64,000 nucleotides of DNA from a virus: positions 32,001-96,000 of the IMG/VR virus record IMGVR_UViG_3300018080_000009. The stretch is one strand, 5' to 3'. The notes beneath the pieces are model-generated. The model was not told the origin of the DNA and did not search any database. It worked only from the letters and a program-made list of their open reading frames with translations. Positions 29,392 to 38,343 of this stretch are shown here, in pieces. The position numbers and the translations under genes are program-made. The stretch's first letter is position 1, and each line of letters starts with the position of its first letter.

Positions 29392-30104
29392 TGATAAGGC
29401 ATGTAGTTTTGATGTCTGGCGGACCAGATTCTTTGATTACGCTTCAGTTTGTGAAGAATAATTATTTGCCTGGGTTAGTGATTCCGATACATGTGAGCAT
29501 GAATCATCTGTATGATACTGCTGAGAAGAAAGCTCTAGGCAAGATAGAAGCCTTGATGCAGATTGAGATTCAAGAATTCAAGGGTAGATTTGATTTCTCC
29601 AGGATAGAAGAGTCAGATGCCAATATCTATGGCAGGAATGCGTACTTATGTATCGCAGCAGCTTCAGTAGTACCAAAAGGTGACGATGCCTATATTTGGT
29701 TGTCGGTTCAAAAAGACGAGAGATCTATTCCAGATAGAAGTGATGCGTTTTTTGATAAGATGAGTAGGGTTTTGGCAGTTTTGAATAAGCCAAATGAGTT
29801 GGTAGTGAGTACTCCGTGGACGAATAAAGACAAAACAGATATGGTGAGGTATTTCCTGAATGAAGGAGGGAGTACAGGAGTACTTAGGTCTAGTTGGTCT
29901 TGTTACAAGGATACGTCAGTACAGTGTGGAAATTGTCCAGCTTGTATTCGAAGATACATAGCATTCAGTTTGAATGGGATTGAAGAAGAGTATTTAGAAA
30001 ATCCGAAGAATTCAGCTACTGCACTGGATTACATTAATAGAGCTAGAGTTGGTGAGTATTATTCAGAAGAACGTAACCAAAGGATTTTGGCTGCGTTGAC
30101 ATAG
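29391..30104 (+). CDS. queC: 7-cyano-7-deazaguanine synthase
   Basis: SGGPDS PP-loop, GRN, SWSCY...CGNCPACIRR. Confidence 0.85.
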   Translation: MIRHVVLMSGGPDSLITLQFVKNNYLPGLVIPIHVSMNHLYDTAEKKALGKIEALMQIEIQEFKGRFDFSRIEESDANIYGRNAYLCIAAASVVPKGDDAYIWLSVQKDERSIPDRSDAFFDKMSRVLAVLNKPNELVVSTPWTNKDKTDMVRYFLNEGGSTGVLRSSWSCYKDTSVQCGNCPACIRRYIAFSLNGIEEEYLENPKNSATALDYINRARVGEYYSEERNQRILAALT

Positions 30105-30172
30105 GTCAATAAACAAGGGCAGTATGCCCACGATGTGTGAAGCTAAAATGGCTGAGGACACAGGAGGAAGAT

Positions 30173-31258
30173 ATGTCAATAAAAGTCGAAGAAGTGAGTA
30201 TTGATAACTGTCGAGTAGATCCGGAGTTCAATACTCGTACACATGGTTTGGGAGATCTCACAGGATTGATTGAGAGCATCAAGTCCGGTGGTATTGAGCA
30301 GCCGTTGTCAGGCAAAGTCAGTGACTCAGGTATGGTTGATATTTTTGTCGGATTCAGACGATTTGCTGCTGCACAAGAAGCCGGTCTGTCCAAGATTCCG
30401 ATAAAGCTGTATCCCCGAAGGAAAGTGACGTTGAAGCAGATGCTCTTGAAGAATGTCATTGAGAACGTTCATAGGGAGAATTTGAACCCAGTTGATGAAG
30501 CGCTTGCTTTCCAGAGGATGCAGACAGATCATAAGATGTCCACGGACGAAATATGTGGGGAATTAGGTCTAAAGAAGTCTTATATCCAGAATAGATTTAG
30601 GCTTTTAAAGCTTGAGGAGATAGTACGGGATGCAGTGCATCGAGGACGTATTTCAATTACTTCGGCTTTGGATATAGATCGTCTTCCAAAAGATAAGCAG
30701 AAGAGATTCGTGGACATTGCTGAAGACATGGGGGGCCAGAAATTAACCGATTTGATAGACAAGGAATTGAACAAGATTCAGAAGAAGATTGATACGAAAG
30801 ATGGCCCTGAAGATACATCGCCAGAGAGTCCAGTAGACCCGAATGATGTTGCAGAATGTGTCAGAAGCTCTAAGAGGTATGTCTCCCATTTGACTGATGC
30901 ATTGAAATATTCTTCAGAGGAAAGTGAAGGCATCAAGGGAGTGAACCTTCGGGTTTTAGAACTAGATGATCTCAAAGCAGTGACCAAGTTCTACGGAGAT
31001 CTCTGTGACATTGTTGAGCCAGAGATTGAATTCAATGAAAAGGCTCAGAAGGAGATCATTTCCACAGTCGAAGGTCAGTTGAATGTAGAGTTGGATCTTG
31101 AGGCTCCGGTAGTAAGGCAGTCTTTGATTCGTTCAGTAAGTGAACGAGCTCAAGAGATAGCCAGGGTTCAAGCTGGAGAGGGAAAGCGTCCTAGAGTTAC
31201 GTATCAAATTGCCAAAGAAGCAATTGATGAGTTCTACGATCCAATAGAGTCCGAATAA
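30173..31258 (+). CDS. ParB/Spo0J-like protein
   Basis: LIESIKSGGIEQPL, GFRRFAA, ENVHRENLNPVDEA, HTH. Confidence 0.85.
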   Translation: MSIKVEEVSIDNCRVDPEFNTRTHGLGDLTGLIESIKSGGIEQPLSGKVSDSGMVDIFVGFRRFAAAQEAGLSKIPIKLYPRRKVTLKQMLLKNVIENVHRENLNPVDEALAFQRMQTDHKMSTDEICGELGLKKSYIQNRFRLLKLEEIVRDAVHRGRISITSALDIDRLPKDKQKRFVDIAEDMGGQKLTDLIDKELNKIQKKIDTKDGPEDTSPESPVDPNDVAECVRSSKRYVSHLTDALKYSSEESEGIKGVNLRVLELDDLKAVTKFYGDLCDIVEPEIEFNEKAQKEIISTVEGQLNVELDLEAPVVRQSLIRSVSERAQEIARVQAGEGKRPRVTYQIAKEAIDEFYDPIESE

Positions 31259-31331
31259 TACACTCATACAGGGAAGATTGGCGCTGTCCAGATAAGATGT
31301 CTGGTAGTAGTCGATAGAAATAGGAGGAGAT

Positions 31332-31805
31332 ATGGATAAGACAGACAAAGAGATAGTTTGGCTTCCTATTGATTTAGCTAAGAAAGTTAAAGATGCTGAA
31401 TCAACGAAGGAATTAGATGCTTTGATTATCGGCTATCTTGATGAGTCCAGAGGAGAAGTTAAAGCAAATCTTGAGAGTTTGGATGCGGATTTGTTGCAGT
31501 ATCGTGCAATGATGACCAAGGCTAAAGTTGCTTTTAGAGAAGCCAAGGATGAGCAATGTACTGCATCCTATGAGCTTTGGGAGAATTTCGATAAGGAATT
31601 GCCTAAAGTAAAGGAGAAGATTATGAGGATTGTTCGTATCTTGAATCCTTTGTCCAAGCAACTTAAGGAAATTGACGATCTCATGAGGAAGATAAACACA
31701 TATCAGTTAGAGAAAGTAGCTGAATTGCTTTCCAGGATTGAGAATGCGAGTCCAGCTCTTTTGAAGGCCATAGGTCTTTTTGTCAGTGAAGAAAGGGGAG
31801 AGTAG
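31332..31805 (+). CDS. Coiled-coil hypothetical protein
   Basis: RBS AGGAGG. Confidence 0.5.
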   Translation: MDKTDKEIVWLPIDLAKKVKDAESTKELDALIIGYLDESRGEVKANLESLDADLLQYRAMMTKAKVAFREAKDEQCTASYELWENFDKELPKVKEKIMRIVRILNPLSKQLKEIDDLMRKINTYQLEKVAELLSRIENASPALLKAIGLFVSEERGE

Positions 31806-31806
31806 T

Positions 31807-33840
31807 ATGGAGTTCAAGGAATTTAATGCTTTATTGAAAAGACATTTTCATGAAATGTCGAGTGGAGAGCAGTATCTGTTTGTAACGGATGTGACTCCAG
31901 ACGATATGTGGGATGTTTATATGGAGAGCTTTCCCCCAGGAACGAATGAAGTTTTCAGGGAGAGGAGAGAATTTGATTGTGCCTGTTGCAAGCAATTCAT
32001 TCGAGCATTTGGCAATGTTGTTGCTATCAAGGGATTGAAAGCGGTGTCGATTTGGGATTTTGATGTCTTGGAGCCTAAGTACAAGGCTGTAACAGAATCA
32101 ATGTCTGAGTTCGTCAAGTCCAAACCGGTTCGAGATGTATTTCTTCCGATAGCCAGAGCCTATGGTACTGAAAAGAATCTTGAAACAAAGGACAGTAAAA
32201 ATATTCTGACATGGCATCATTTTCAGATTCAGATACCGGAATCGGTAAAGAGGTTTAAGGAGATCGATGTTGGTACTGTTCGTGGACGAATGAGAGATGT
32301 ACGGAATGTGCTCAAACGTTCTTTCAAAGAACTGTCCACAGATTCCATTGATACTGTTCTGGATTTGATAGCTCAGAAGTCCTTGTACAAGGGTGAAGAG
32401 TGGCAGAAGCCTTTGCAGAAGTTTCGTTTGATGCATGAGGAATTTCATCAGATGGAATTCGAGTCAGATCAGGAGAATTATTGCTGGGTAGCTTCAATAG
32501 AAGCTGGTGAAGCCATAAGTAAGATCAAGAATCATTCAATAGGTGTTTTGCTTACGGATCTTTCTGGAGATATGGATCTGAATGATGCTGTCAGGAGGTA
32601 TGAAAGTATTGTAGCTCCGACCAACTACAAACGACCAAAGGCTATCTTCACTAAGAAGATGGTTGAGAAGGCAAAAGCCACGGTAGAGAAGATGGGATTT
32701 GGAGATTCTTTAGGAAGGAGATTCGCTACCCTAGAAGATATTACAGTAAACAATATTCTTTTTGCTAATCGAGATGCGATGAAGCAGATGTCGGGGGATG
32801 TTTTCGAAGATCTAACAGATTCAGTTCCAGATAAACCAAAGAACTTCGAGAAGGTTGAGGAAGTAGCTATTGAGACGTTTATTAAAGATGTACTTCCAAC
32901 GGCCAAAGAAATAGAAGTACTGTTGGAGAACAGCCATAAGTCCAATATGATGTCGTTATTGGCACCAAAAGTTCCTGATAGTAAGACTATGTTCAAATGG
33001 AATAATGGTTTTTCATGGGCTTATGCTGGGAATATTACTGACAGCATGAAGGAAAGGGTGAAGTCTTTTGGTGGTAAAGTAGATGGAGTACTTAGGTTCT
33101 CTATTCAGTGGAATGACAATGATGATAATCCAGATGATCTGGATGCTCACTGTGTAGAGCCGAATAGGAACAGAATTTATTTCAGCAATAAGAGAAGTCC
33201 AGTTTCTGGTGGTGAGCTTGATGTGGACATCATTAGTCCCGATGGAGTAGCGGTGGAGAACATAACATGGCAAGAAACACGTCGTATGACCAAAGGAAAG
33301 TATGAGTTTATGGTTCATTGCTACACCAGTAGAGGAGCGAAATCAGGATTCACTGCCGAGATTGAATTTAATAATAGAATATTCTCTTTTGCTTATCCTA
33401 GGCCATTAAGACAAGGGGAGTACATCAATGTTGCAGATGTTTCTTTCGATGGCAAGGAATTCAAGATGGTTAAAGAGCATCTGACCTCGTCTGAAACTTC
33501 TGTCGAGATCTGGAATTTGTATTCGAATAAGTTTCATCCGGTATCGGCGTGTATGTATTCCCCCAATTATTGGGATGATCAAAAGGGTATCGGACATCGA
33601 CACTACTTCTTCTTGCTCAAAGGATGCAGAAACGATGAGAATCCAAATGGGTTTTTCAATGAGTTTTTGAATGAGGAGTTGATGCCCCATAAGAGAGTGT
33701 TTGAAGCTCTAGGTTCTAAGATGAGAGTAGAGGATTCTGAGAATCAGCTCTCTGGTCTTGGATTTAGTTCAACGAAACGTGCTTCCCTTGTTTGTAGAGT
33801 GAAGGGAAGTTTTGAAAGAGTCATCAGACTCACTTTTTAG
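31807..33840 (+). CDS. Large conserved-type phage protein (YfaP/DUF2135-like C-terminal domain)
   Basis: CACCKQF; LRFSIQW...DLDAH...LDVD...VENITW. Confidence 0.55.
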   Translation: MEFKEFNALLKRHFHEMSSGEQYLFVTDVTPDDMWDVYMESFPPGTNEVFRERREFDCACCKQFIRAFGNVVAIKGLKAVSIWDFDVLEPKYKAVTESMSEFVKSKPVRDVFLPIARAYGTEKNLETKDSKNILTWHHFQIQIPESVKRFKEIDVGTVRGRMRDVRNVLKRSFKELSTDSIDTVLDLIAQKSLYKGEEWQKPLQKFRLMHEEFHQMEFESDQENYCWVASIEAGEAISKIKNHSIGVLLTDLSGDMDLNDAVRRYESIVAPTNYKRPKAIFTKKMVEKAKATVEKMGFGDSLGRRFATLEDITVNNILFANRDAMKQMSGDVFEDLTDSVPDKPKNFEKVEEVAIETFIKDVLPTAKEIEVLLENSHKSNMMSLLAPKVPDSKTMFKWNNGFSWAYAGNITDSMKERVKSFGGKVDGVLRFSIQWNDNDDNPDDLDAHCVEPNRNRIYFSNKRSPVSGGELDVDIISPDGVAVENITWQETRRMTKGKYEFMVHCYTSRGAKSGFTAEIEFNNRIFSFAYPRPLRQGEYINVADVSFDGKEFKMVKEHLTSSETSVEIWNLYSNKFHPVSACMYSPNYWDDQKGIGHRHYFFLLKGCRNDENPNGFFNEFLNEELMPHKRVFEALGSKMRVEDSENQLSGLGFSSTKRASLVCRVKGSFERVIRLTF

Positions 33841-33849
33841 GAGGAAGCA

Positions 33850-34221
33850 ATGTTTGAGAAAGCATCGAGAATGAAATTACGGTTTGCCTATAAAGGGCAG
33901 TGTTCGGTCGAGGATTTGTGGGATCTGTCTGTGGAGGAGTTGGATAGCATCTATCAGGAGATGCGGAAGAAGCAAAGGGAAAGTAATACCGATTCCTTAC
34001 TGGAGAAGAGGGACGAAGGGGATAGGCTTCTAGATCTTCAGGTCAATATCGTGAAGCACATTGTTCAGGTGAAATTGGCTGAAGCAGAAGCCCGTGAGAG
34101 AGCTGCTGAGAACAAGTTGCGTAGAGAGAAAATCGCAGCAATAATGGCCGAGAAGCAGGATGAGGGTCTGAAGAATATGTCTCTAGAAGAGCTTCAGGAG
34201 GAGATGGAAAAAACGGTTTAA
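33850..34221 (+). CDS. Conserved-type phage coiled-coil protein
   Basis: MFEKASRMKLRF..KG..SVEDLWDL N-terminus; directly follows the large ORF. Confidence 0.55.
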   Translation: MFEKASRMKLRFAYKGQCSVEDLWDLSVEELDSIYQEMRKKQRESNTDSLLEKRDEGDRLLDLQVNIVKHIVQVKLAEAEARERAAENKLRREKIAAIMAEKQDEGLKNMSLEELQEEMEKTV

Positions 34222-34272
34222 TTTTCGTTCATTGACACAACAATTTTTATGACTAAGAAATAGGAGAAAGAT

Positions 34273-35427
34273 ATGCAAGAGTCAAATTCGGCTGCGGCAA
34301 GAGTAGCCAGACAAAAATTCGAATCCAGAATAGAAAGAGGTAGAGCTTCAGGAGCCCGCATTATCCAGAAGATCATGGAGGAAGTTCCTACGGACTATAT
34401 AGCCAAGGGAAAAATTCTTAATTTCAATGGTAATGAGGAAGAACGTGAACCAGGATCTCCCTGGGGTCTTCTGATGTCTGTTCCGTCCATATTGGTAGGG
34501 GAGGAATCTTCGGTATTTTCGGTCCATAAGTGGGCAGAACAGCAGATTTGTGGAAGAGCTAGTCTCCCCTGGAAATATGCTCAGTACTTGGAGCAAGGAG
34601 ATATTCGTTCCTGGGGCCTGCCTTTATTGGCCACGAATCTAAATACCCTCTATTCGAAAAGTAGGTCTAAGTACCTCCTGCGTACGTACAAGGGTACTGT
34701 TAGAGGGTTTTTATCCGATCGATACAAGAGATTGGATTCACGGCCTCTGATAGAGTCCTTTTCAGGTGCTTGCAAGGATGTAGGGGCTGTACCCATAGAT
34801 GGATTTGGAACAGATACCAAAGTGGGTTTGACTGCTGTTTTGCCTAAGATCTACGAACCGGTTGAGAATGAGCCAATTTCTATGGGGGTAACTTGGGAAA
34901 ATTCGGATTATGGCAATGGTCGGCACATGATAAACGGGTTCATAGATAGAGCTTGGTGTGCCAATGGAATCATCATGTCTATGGGATTTGCCCAGGTACA
35001 CTTAGGCAAGCGTCTGACTGATGACATTGTTCTTTCGGAACGTACACATCAATTGGATACGATGGCTACAGCCAGTGCTATTGATGATGTTGTGAGAAAG
35101 TCCTTGAGTCAGGAAATGGTGGATCTTTTCTGTGAGACAGTGAAAACAGCCCACGAAGAGAAGATCGATGTAGAAAAAGCTCTGAAGAACATACGGAAGC
35201 AATTGACCAAGGGTGAAGTAGAGTTGATAAAGAACAAGTTCAATTCACCAGATGTAGAAATGCTTCCTCCAGGGAATACCTCATGGAGACTGTCCAACGC
35301 TATAAGCTGGGTGGCCGGCAATGATATTGAAGATGAAGAGAGAAAGAATGATCTCCAGAAAGTTGCTGGACAGGTAATTGCTGCAACGATGGCAGTAGTT
35401 CAGAGAAGGAGAAGTAGATTACTCTAA
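34273..35427 (+). CDS. DUF932-like phage protein
   Basis: RGFLSDRY, ENSDYG, RAWCANG, H, WRLSNAIS. Confidence 0.6.
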   Translation: MQESNSAAARVARQKFESRIERGRASGARIIQKIMEEVPTDYIAKGKILNFNGNEEEREPGSPWGLLMSVPSILVGEESSVFSVHKWAEQQICGRASLPWKYAQYLEQGDIRSWGLPLLATNLNTLYSKSRSKYLLRTYKGTVRGFLSDRYKRLDSRPLIESFSGACKDVGAVPIDGFGTDTKVGLTAVLPKIYEPVENEPISMGVTWENSDYGNGRHMINGFIDRAWCANGIIMSMGFAQVHLGKRLTDDIVLSERTHQLDTMATASAIDDVVRKSLSQEMVDLFCETVKTAHEEKIDVEKALKNIRKQLTKGEVELIKNKFNSPDVEMLPPGNTSWRLSNAISWVAGNDIEDEERKNDLQKVAGQVIAATMAVVQRRRSRLL

Positions 35428-35527
35428 GCTGATTTTGGAGTAATTAAGTTATTTGCATAAAAATGGGTAGACCGGTATTTTAGGTGTAGTGATGAGATTG
35501 CTGTTTCACATCTTGTCCCTGTATATT

Positions 35528-35600
35528 GCCTCTGTAGCTCAGTTGGTAGAGCACCTGACTTGTAATCAGGGGACCGAGGGTTCGATTCCTTCCAGAGGCT
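35528..35600 (+). tRNA. tRNA-Thr(TGT)
   Basis: Full cloverleaf; GCCTCTG/CAGAGGC acceptor, CCTGA-CT TGT AA-TCAGG, TTCGATT T-loop. Confidence 0.92.
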
Positions 35601-35716
35601 TTGGGGTCATACCAGTGAGTGGACCTCTAGATGCATTTATGATTTATCGTGAACCCGAGCCTAGAGGTATTCCTCCTTGAGGTGGGTTATTGATTGTTGA
35701 TGCATTTTAGAACTTT

Positions 35717-35784
35717 TCGGTAGGTTTGGTATGCGCAGGGTTGAAAATTACCCTAATTGCCGATGACAGCCGGGAAAGACCGGC
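35717..35784 (+). ncRNA. Candidate structured RNA between tRNAs
   Basis: TCGGTAG/TTGCCGA enclosing AGGGT/ACCCT, then TGACA-GCCGG GAAAGA CCGGC hairpin. Confidence 0.4.
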
Positions 35785-35787
35785 ATT

Positions 35788-35858
35788 GGGACATTAGCCA
35801 TCGGGGAAGGCACCAGATTGTCGATCTGGCAAGGTGAGTTCGAGTCTCATATGTCCCG
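35788..35858 (+). tRNA. tRNA-Asp(GTC)
   Basis: GGGACAT/ATGTCCC acceptor, CCAGA-TT GTC GA-TCTGG, GTGAG TTCGAGT CTCAT. Confidence 0.85.
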
Positions 35859-35860
35859 CA

Positions 35861-35998
35861 GGAAATGTTTCTGAGGTGGAGGTAAATCCAGGATGAGATT
35901 CCTGGGAAAAACTTGGAGGCAGAGGGGCGATGAATGTACTAAGGTCGCTGTGTAAGAAGCATTTTCTATTAGGACGTGGGATGTCCGAAAACATTTCC
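35861..35998 (+). ncRNA. Candidate multi-stem ncRNA (~138 nt)
   Basis: Perfect 10-bp closing stem GGAAATGTTT/AAACATTTCC; internal CCAGGA/TCCTGG, GCGAT/GTCGC, GGAC/GTCC. Confidence 0.5.
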
Positions 35999-36021
35999 CG
36001 ACCTGTGACCAGTAATTTAGG

Positions 36022-36084
36022 GGGTCTTTAACAGGGATCGAAACCTTGCAGGTGATGCAACCTGGGCATGTTCTAAAAAGGCCC
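36022..36084 (+). ncRNA. Candidate small three-way-junction RNA with T-loop-like hairpin
   Basis: GGGTCTTT/AAAGGCCC; CAGGG-ATCGAAA-CCTTG; CAGGT/ACCTG. Confidence 0.4.
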
Positions 36085-36094
36085 ACGCTTATAT

Positions 36095-36174
36095 GGACCG
36101 ATAGCTCAGTCTGGCAGAGCACTCCCACCAGTTACACGCGGGAGAGGTCGTATGTTCAAATCGTACTCGGTCCA
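36095..36174 (+). tRNA. Atypical tRNA (Val TAC-like) with 13-nt anticodon loop
   Basis: Normal acceptor GGACCGA/TCGGTCC, D and T arms; CTCCC/GGGAG stem encloses ACCAGTTACACGC. Confidence 0.65.
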
Positions 36175-36187
36175 CTAGGGAGGAGTA

Positions 36188-36445
36188 ATGTTTACAGCAT
36201 ATCCTAAATGTAAAGATTGTGGGGGTCAGATGCATCCGATGGCTGGTCCTGGCAGTAATCCTATTTGTTATGATTGTGCTCGTAAGGAAAGAGAAAAGCT
36301 TGAGGAGGAAGTTAAGGAGATATTGAAGGCGCTTACGATAGAGAAGAGATTGTCTATTGTTGAGGCTACTTTGGTACGTAAGGCTGATGACTATTGGCTT
36401 TATGATTTTGTTCAGGGGTATCGTGCAGAAGATGATAACTCATAA
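36188..36445 (+). CDS. Small zinc-finger protein
   Basis: CKDC...CYDC; RBS GGAGGAG. Confidence 0.55.
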   Translation: MFTAYPKCKDCGGQMHPMAGPGSNPICYDCARKEREKLEEEVKEILKALTIEKRLSIVEATLVRKADDYWLYDFVQGYRAEDDNS

Positions 36446-37247
36446 TGAATTAAAGAAATCTCTTAGGAATAAGTATCCTTGGTCTCATTGGATTTTGTTG
36501 AATGAGGTAAGGGATGCTTCTGGGTATGAAGGTAATAGGTCAATAGATGCAGTGGCTTTTGGTCTTTATGCAAGCCGTGGGTATGAAGTTCATGCTTTTG
36601 AGTGCAAAGCTCATCGTACAGATTGGTTGAGTGAACTTAGACAACCAGATAAAGCAGATGAATTTGCAACAATAGCCGATAAGTTTTGGATAGTAGCGAG
36701 TAAGGGAGTGGTGAAGAAAGAAGAATTGCCGAAGGGGTGGGGATTAATACTTGTATCTAGGAAGGGAGATGATTTTGTTACTCGAATAGTTGTCCAAGCT
36801 GAAATGAGTGAGCAAAGGGATTTGCCCAGACCATTTGTAGCCTCGATGTTAACTAAGCTTAGAAAGAAGATTGAGAAGTATCAAAGGGAATCCGTTTTAA
36901 AATCAGAGATCTATGACCAGATTAAGGAAGCCCAAGAGCAAGGTAGAGAATGGGGTAAACGGTCTTCTGATTGGGATAAGAAAGATTATGATGTGCTCAA
37001 GAAAATAGTAGAAGATTTCGAGGAAGCTAGTGGTATACGTTTGAATACTTTTAAAGGAGCCGATGTGATTGGGAAGGAAGTAGCTCTAGCCAGGTCTTTA
37101 TTCAGTATTGGAAAGGATCAGGGATTAATTAATAGAGCCAAGGGTTTTGCAGGTAAGCTAAGAGGATTTGCGGATTCTATTGAGGAAAAAGCAGAGAAAT
37201 TGTCCATTGTATGTGAAGAGATGACTAATACAGATGAAGAACTCTGA
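36432..37247 (+). CDS. MmcB-like PD-(D/E)xK nuclease-fold protein
   Basis: EV...RSIDAV...FECKAHRTDWLSEL..PDK...FWIV...ELPKGWGL. Confidence 0.7.
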   Translation: MITHNELKKSLRNKYPWSHWILLNEVRDASGYEGNRSIDAVAFGLYASRGYEVHAFECKAHRTDWLSELRQPDKADEFATIADKFWIVASKGVVKKEELPKGWGLILVSRKGDDFVTRIVVQAEMSEQRDLPRPFVASMLTKLRKKIEKYQRESVLKSEIYDQIKEAQEQGREWGKRSSDWDKKDYDVLKKIVEDFEEASGIRLNTFKGADVIGKEVALARSLFSIGKDQGLINRAKGFAGKLRGFADSIEEKAEKLSIVCEEMTNTDEEL

Positions 37248-37420
37248 GAAGCTTCACATAGTTTATCGTTCTCCAAAGGGAAGAGTTGTAGGATATAATG
37301 GATACGGGATTAGACTTTTTCTAGAGGAGAATGGCCCTAAGGCATATTGGTTATGGTCTATGAATGTAGATAAGGATGTGAATTCAGATAAAAAAGCTGA
37401 ATGGGTTGACGATATAGAGA

Positions 37421-37822
37421 ATGCAGATGCCCAGAACCCTGACACTGATTAATGTTGATTCGAAGATTTCTCGTAGTGGAGAATCTGTTGGTGTTGTTAT
37501 TAAGGTTGATTTAAAAGGTAAAGTCGATAGGTATGATATGACTGCCAGTCAATTGGTTCAGTTTCTTGAACCTTACGAGATATTGGGTATTGCACCCCAA
37601 GAAAATGGTCAGATTGTTATTGTTGGCAGGAAGAAGTTGCGATGTGTTAATTGTGATTTTTGGGTTCGTGACAGTGTTCATGGTGGTGAGTGTATTAATG
37701 ATAATTTTCGAAATGCTAGGACTTTAGGTGATCCTGACAAAGAATACTGTCATTTGACCAGTGAATACAGTGGAGAGAATTGTAACTTTCATTCCTATTA
37801 TAAGACGGGAAAGAGGGGTTGA
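37421..37822 (+). CDS. Hypothetical Cys-rich protein
   Basis: CVNC...C...C. Confidence 0.45.
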   Translation: MQMPRTLTLINVDSKISRSGESVGVVIKVDLKGKVDRYDMTASQLVQFLEPYEILGIAPQENGQIVIVGRKKLRCVNCDFWVRDSVHGGECINDNFRNARTLGDPDKEYCHLTSEYSGENCNFHSYYKTGKRG

Positions 37823-37825
37823 AGT

Positions 37826-38335
37826 ATGCTGAATAAACGTGTGTTGAATGCATTGATAAAATGTCGTGAGGAATGTCATCAGAGGATGAAGGACATTGAG
37901 AAGGATAGGGTTTCTTTGAGAGAAGAGGAATTAGCCCTCGGTGAGAAGTTGGAACAGCTTAATAGGACGATTAGCTTATTTGCTTATGATGAAGATACTC
38001 CAAAGAAACGTAAGGGCAGGAAACGTGGTCCAAAAGGTATTAGATTCAAGAATACCGATCCGTTAGACATCCCGATTGAGATGTTCGCTTCTGTACGGAA
38101 TCCGAGTCAAGCTGCAAAAATATGTCAAGATGTCAGGAGTATTTTGGGAAGTCAAAAAGGATACCTTACATTAGATGATATAATTCCCCTGCTGGCAGCC
38201 AAGCATTCGTATGCTAAGGGGATAGCGTTTAAAAGTACCCTTTCTAGGGTTATGAAAGCAGCCAGAGAAGCTGGAGGAAAGAACTGGCTAGTCTACAGTA
38301 AGGAAGGACAGAAGAACCTGTATAAGCACATTTAG
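37826..38335 (+). CDS. Basic coiled-coil, putative DNA-binding protein
   Basis: Coiled coil, KKRKGRKRGPK linker, wHTH-like C-terminus. Confidence 0.4.
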   Translation: MLNKRVLNALIKCREECHQRMKDIEKDRVSLREEELALGEKLEQLNRTISLFAYDEDTPKKRKGRKRGPKGIRFKNTDPLDIPIEMFASVRNPSQAAKICQDVRSILGSQKGYLTLDDIIPLLAAKHSYAKGIAFKSTLSRVMKAAREAGGKNWLVYSKEGQKNLYKHI

Positions 38336-38343
38336 GGTTTGAA

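Noticed and set aside
35760-35784. Hammerhead ribozyme (CCGATGA resembles CUGAUGA)
   Set aside because: Core mismatch and no GAAA after the candidate stem II.
35489-36128. ORFs 35489-35680 (+), 35794-35994 (-), 35847-36128 (-)
   Set aside because: They overlap tRNAs and structured RNAs and have no protein features.
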